A DNA stretch of 64,000 nucleotides from Phoronis australis (lineage: Eukaryota > Animalia > Phoronida): contig NMRA01000053.1 of the NCBI GenBank assembly GCA_002633005.1, positions 1,126,240-1,190,239 of the forward strand, in the 5' to 3' direction. Position 1 is the first letter of the stretch; the number at the start of each line of letters is the position of its first letter. Below, one piece after another: positions 61,596 to 64,000 of the stretch. Under the pieces are notes generated by a model. It made no database searches. It saw only the letters and a program-made list of their open reading frames with translations, and had not been told where the DNA came from. The position numbers and the translations under genes are program-made.

Positions 61596-61667
61596 GGTCC
61601 TCAGTAGCTCGGTGGTAAGAGCACTTGACCGCCAATATGGAGACCTGTGGTTCGATTCCCAGTTGGT
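61596..61667 (+). mobile_element. tRNA-derived SINE head or tRNA pseudogene
   Basis: A box TAGCTCGGTGG and B box GGTTCGATTCC. Anticodon and acceptor stems do not pair well, so not a functional tRNA. Confidence 0.55.
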
Positions 61668-61994
61668 GTTCCTGGTTTTTCTGTGTTTTTGAAGATAATA
61701 TTGGATATTTGAGTAAAGAATGACACAAATATGCAGAAGATTTAGGGAGCTTAGTTGAGTCTCTCTTTGGTACTATTTTATACAACTGTACACTGATTGT
61801 CTTATCTGTACCAAAACTGGAGCCAAGCTGTTTTAGAGTGATGTTTGATATGTATATTCATGCAGTCAATATGACACAATTGTTTAAAAATTTAAACGCT
61901 GTTATTTACATTTTCTGATTTCTGTATTTTTAAATTTTTATGCACCCACATATTCATTTGTGGATTCATATTGCTTCCATTTCTGTGTGGGCAT

Positions 61995-63360
61995 CTGGCG
62001 CATATTATGAAGGTGATGCCAGTGACGGCGATTTTTGAAGTGATCCAACTATTGGTGTGCTTTCTAGTGGCAATTTTAGTCTCTTACGTTTGTGTATCTG
62101 TGCAGTTCCATGATGTATTCTCATGAAATTTGGCAATTAAGTTTCTCTTCCCATTTTCAGATAAATTTGAGGTATTCTGTGCCACCTGGTGGTCATTTTG
62201 AAAATTTTGTAGTCATTTGACATCACCTTTCAATTAGCTAAACTGCTTGAAGGATCATTGTGAAAATTGAAAGGGCGTTTTAAATTTTCTGATATGAAGT
62301 CCAAGGCTAATGCTGGTTTTCGGACGGGTTTTAATACTTTGGCGCCCCCTTGTGTCAATCTTTTGTTTTGCATCTACAGTTGTATCTCCTTAATATTCAC
62401 AGGATCTTGGGGAAATTTCACTTATTTGTTCCTGCGGATATGACAACAGATGACAAGTTTCAGACCAATCGGATTACCCCTGTGCCCCCTAGTGACAATG
62501 TTAGTTTTTTTACACTCACCTCTATCTTTCGAGTTCATTGATAAATTTTTGTGAACTTGACAAATAGGTTTAAATTAAGGAAATGCCGATGTGTTCTGAT
62601 CATTCTTATTTTTCAAGGTAATTTTTGTCTTCTGCTGGTTTACCCACCATACTACTAAAAGGATCATTTTAAAAACTTAGCAAATGTGTTTCTGATGAGG
62701 AGACCCTGCTGACATTGATTTTCGAGCCGGTCTGACAACTGTGGTGCCCCTGATGGTGATATTGTCTTTTGGCGTCTACAGGCATTTGGATATTTTATAA
62801 ATGTGACAACTTTTCACAACTTATATGGATGGCTTTGATTACATCTGTCTCTTCTATTAGAGTTCTTTGGTCGTTTTTCATGAAATTTGGCCAACAAGTT
62901 TCTATGATAAAGACGATAGCACTTTTCCATTTTGGGACGGACTCGTATTTCGTGTTGCCTAGTGGCAATTTTTTGTATTTGGAATCATCTGTTTCTGTAT
63001 ACGGCAAAGCACTCAGAGGTCATTAGGAAACTGGAAGGTGTCTTACTAAGTAGAACACAATGGACATGGATATTCAAAAGGGTCCATCTGCTGTGGTGCC
63101 CCCTTTGAATATTTTTGTGTATCTCCTATACCCCTTGCAAGATCTTTTGGAAGTGGCAATTGTATTTCTATTGACTTAACAACAGATGGAGTGATCGAAC
63201 AACCGCTTCACTACCGTTTTTCCACTTTCACTTCTATAATCTTGACGAATTTTCTTGAAATTCAGCAAATAGTCTTCTACACAGGGAAATAACGGCACCT
63301 TCCCATTTTCAGATGGGCTCGATGTCATCTGCACCATCTAATGGATGATTTTTGAAATAC
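61995..63360. repeat. Ancient degenerate tandem array (roughly 140-150 bp period)
   Basis: Recurrent GAAATTTGGCA...TTTTCAGA...GTG(G)YGCC.CCT.GTGG blocks at ~62040, 62125, 62290, 62410, 62675, 62880 and 63260. Solo copy near 60577-60670. Confidence 0.5.
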
Positions 63361-64000
63361 TACTAAACATTCCTGTAACGTACTATTTATGATGCAGTTG
63401 TGGGAGCTCCATGTTGCTCTAGTTTTGAAATTTGTCAACTAAGTGTTCTTATCAGATATTTCATGTGATGGATAATGCTGCCATATTCAGCAGTTAAAGA
63501 GGTTATCTCTCACAATTACCAATGTGAGACGTGTTAGGCTTGACAGTTGCCATTTCTCTCTTACACTTATAATGTTTGAGTTAATGATTATTAATCACAG
63601 TAGGTGACAGGTTCAATCAGGCTTGGAAATTTCATGGCAAATGCACAGGTTTTTGTTAAGCGCACCACTTTAGACATCAAAAGTTCGTACTGCACATTTG
63701 AGATGGTCTCTGTATTTTTTATTTATTTTTTGTGCTTGCTCTTAGTGATATTGTGTTGTTGAAAAGAACACACTAGCGTTGCTTTAATAACCTACCTTTG
63801 TATTGGTGTTCTCTATTGAACCTGTCCAGGGTGAAACTTCAGTTCGGACACAAGGTGGCGTACCAATTCTGCCATTCAAGTGCTCTGTTGTTCCTTGTCG
63901 CCAATTTATAGCTTTCCCAAATCATCATCAAGCTCCAATGTTGGCCTTACATCACAGCTTTGCCCTTTTTAGATCAGCAATTATTGGGAGGTGCCATTCC

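Noticed and set aside
61596-61667. Functional tRNA-Gly(GCC)
   Set aside because: A and B boxes are present, but acceptor and anticodon stems do not pair; treated as a SINE head or pseudogene.
59942-62100. Iron-responsive element in the NRAMP 3'UTR (as in vertebrate DMT1)
   Set aside because: The CAGTG hexaloop candidates I checked by eye lack the 5-bp upper stem and bulged C. A covariance-model scan would be needed to exclude one fully.

Overview
Eukaryotic (marine invertebrate-type animal) genomic DNA. It is AT-rich and intron-rich and has four assembly gaps (22194-22240, 39475-39701, 50681-51205, single N at 60119). I assembled two spliced + strand genes by hand from splice signals and phase. 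(1) An Opn5/neuropsin-family opsin: 6 coding exons, 12926-28758, 378 aa, retinal-binding Lys intact, one GC-AG intron. (2) An NRAMP/SLC11 divalent metal transporter: 14 coding exons, 43915-59941, 559 aa, DPGN and MPHN motifs intact, unusually short TM7-TM8 loop. Between them is a probable uncharacterised minus-strand gene with three phase-compatible exons (37491 to 31977), and a possible signal-peptide first exon lies at 7458-7304. The rest is rich in DNA-transposon relics: a multi-layer nest (hAT-like > MITE > P-superfamily THAP element > MITE), a Kolobok-like THAP foldback element, hAT/Harbinger MITEs, LINE and Penelope fragments and tRNA-derived SINE heads. The most striking oddity is a 51-bp in-frame tandem amplification of the NRAMP exon-5 splice acceptor. 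No prokaryotic systems such as CRISPR are present. All family assignments come from recognising motifs by eye, not from database searches.
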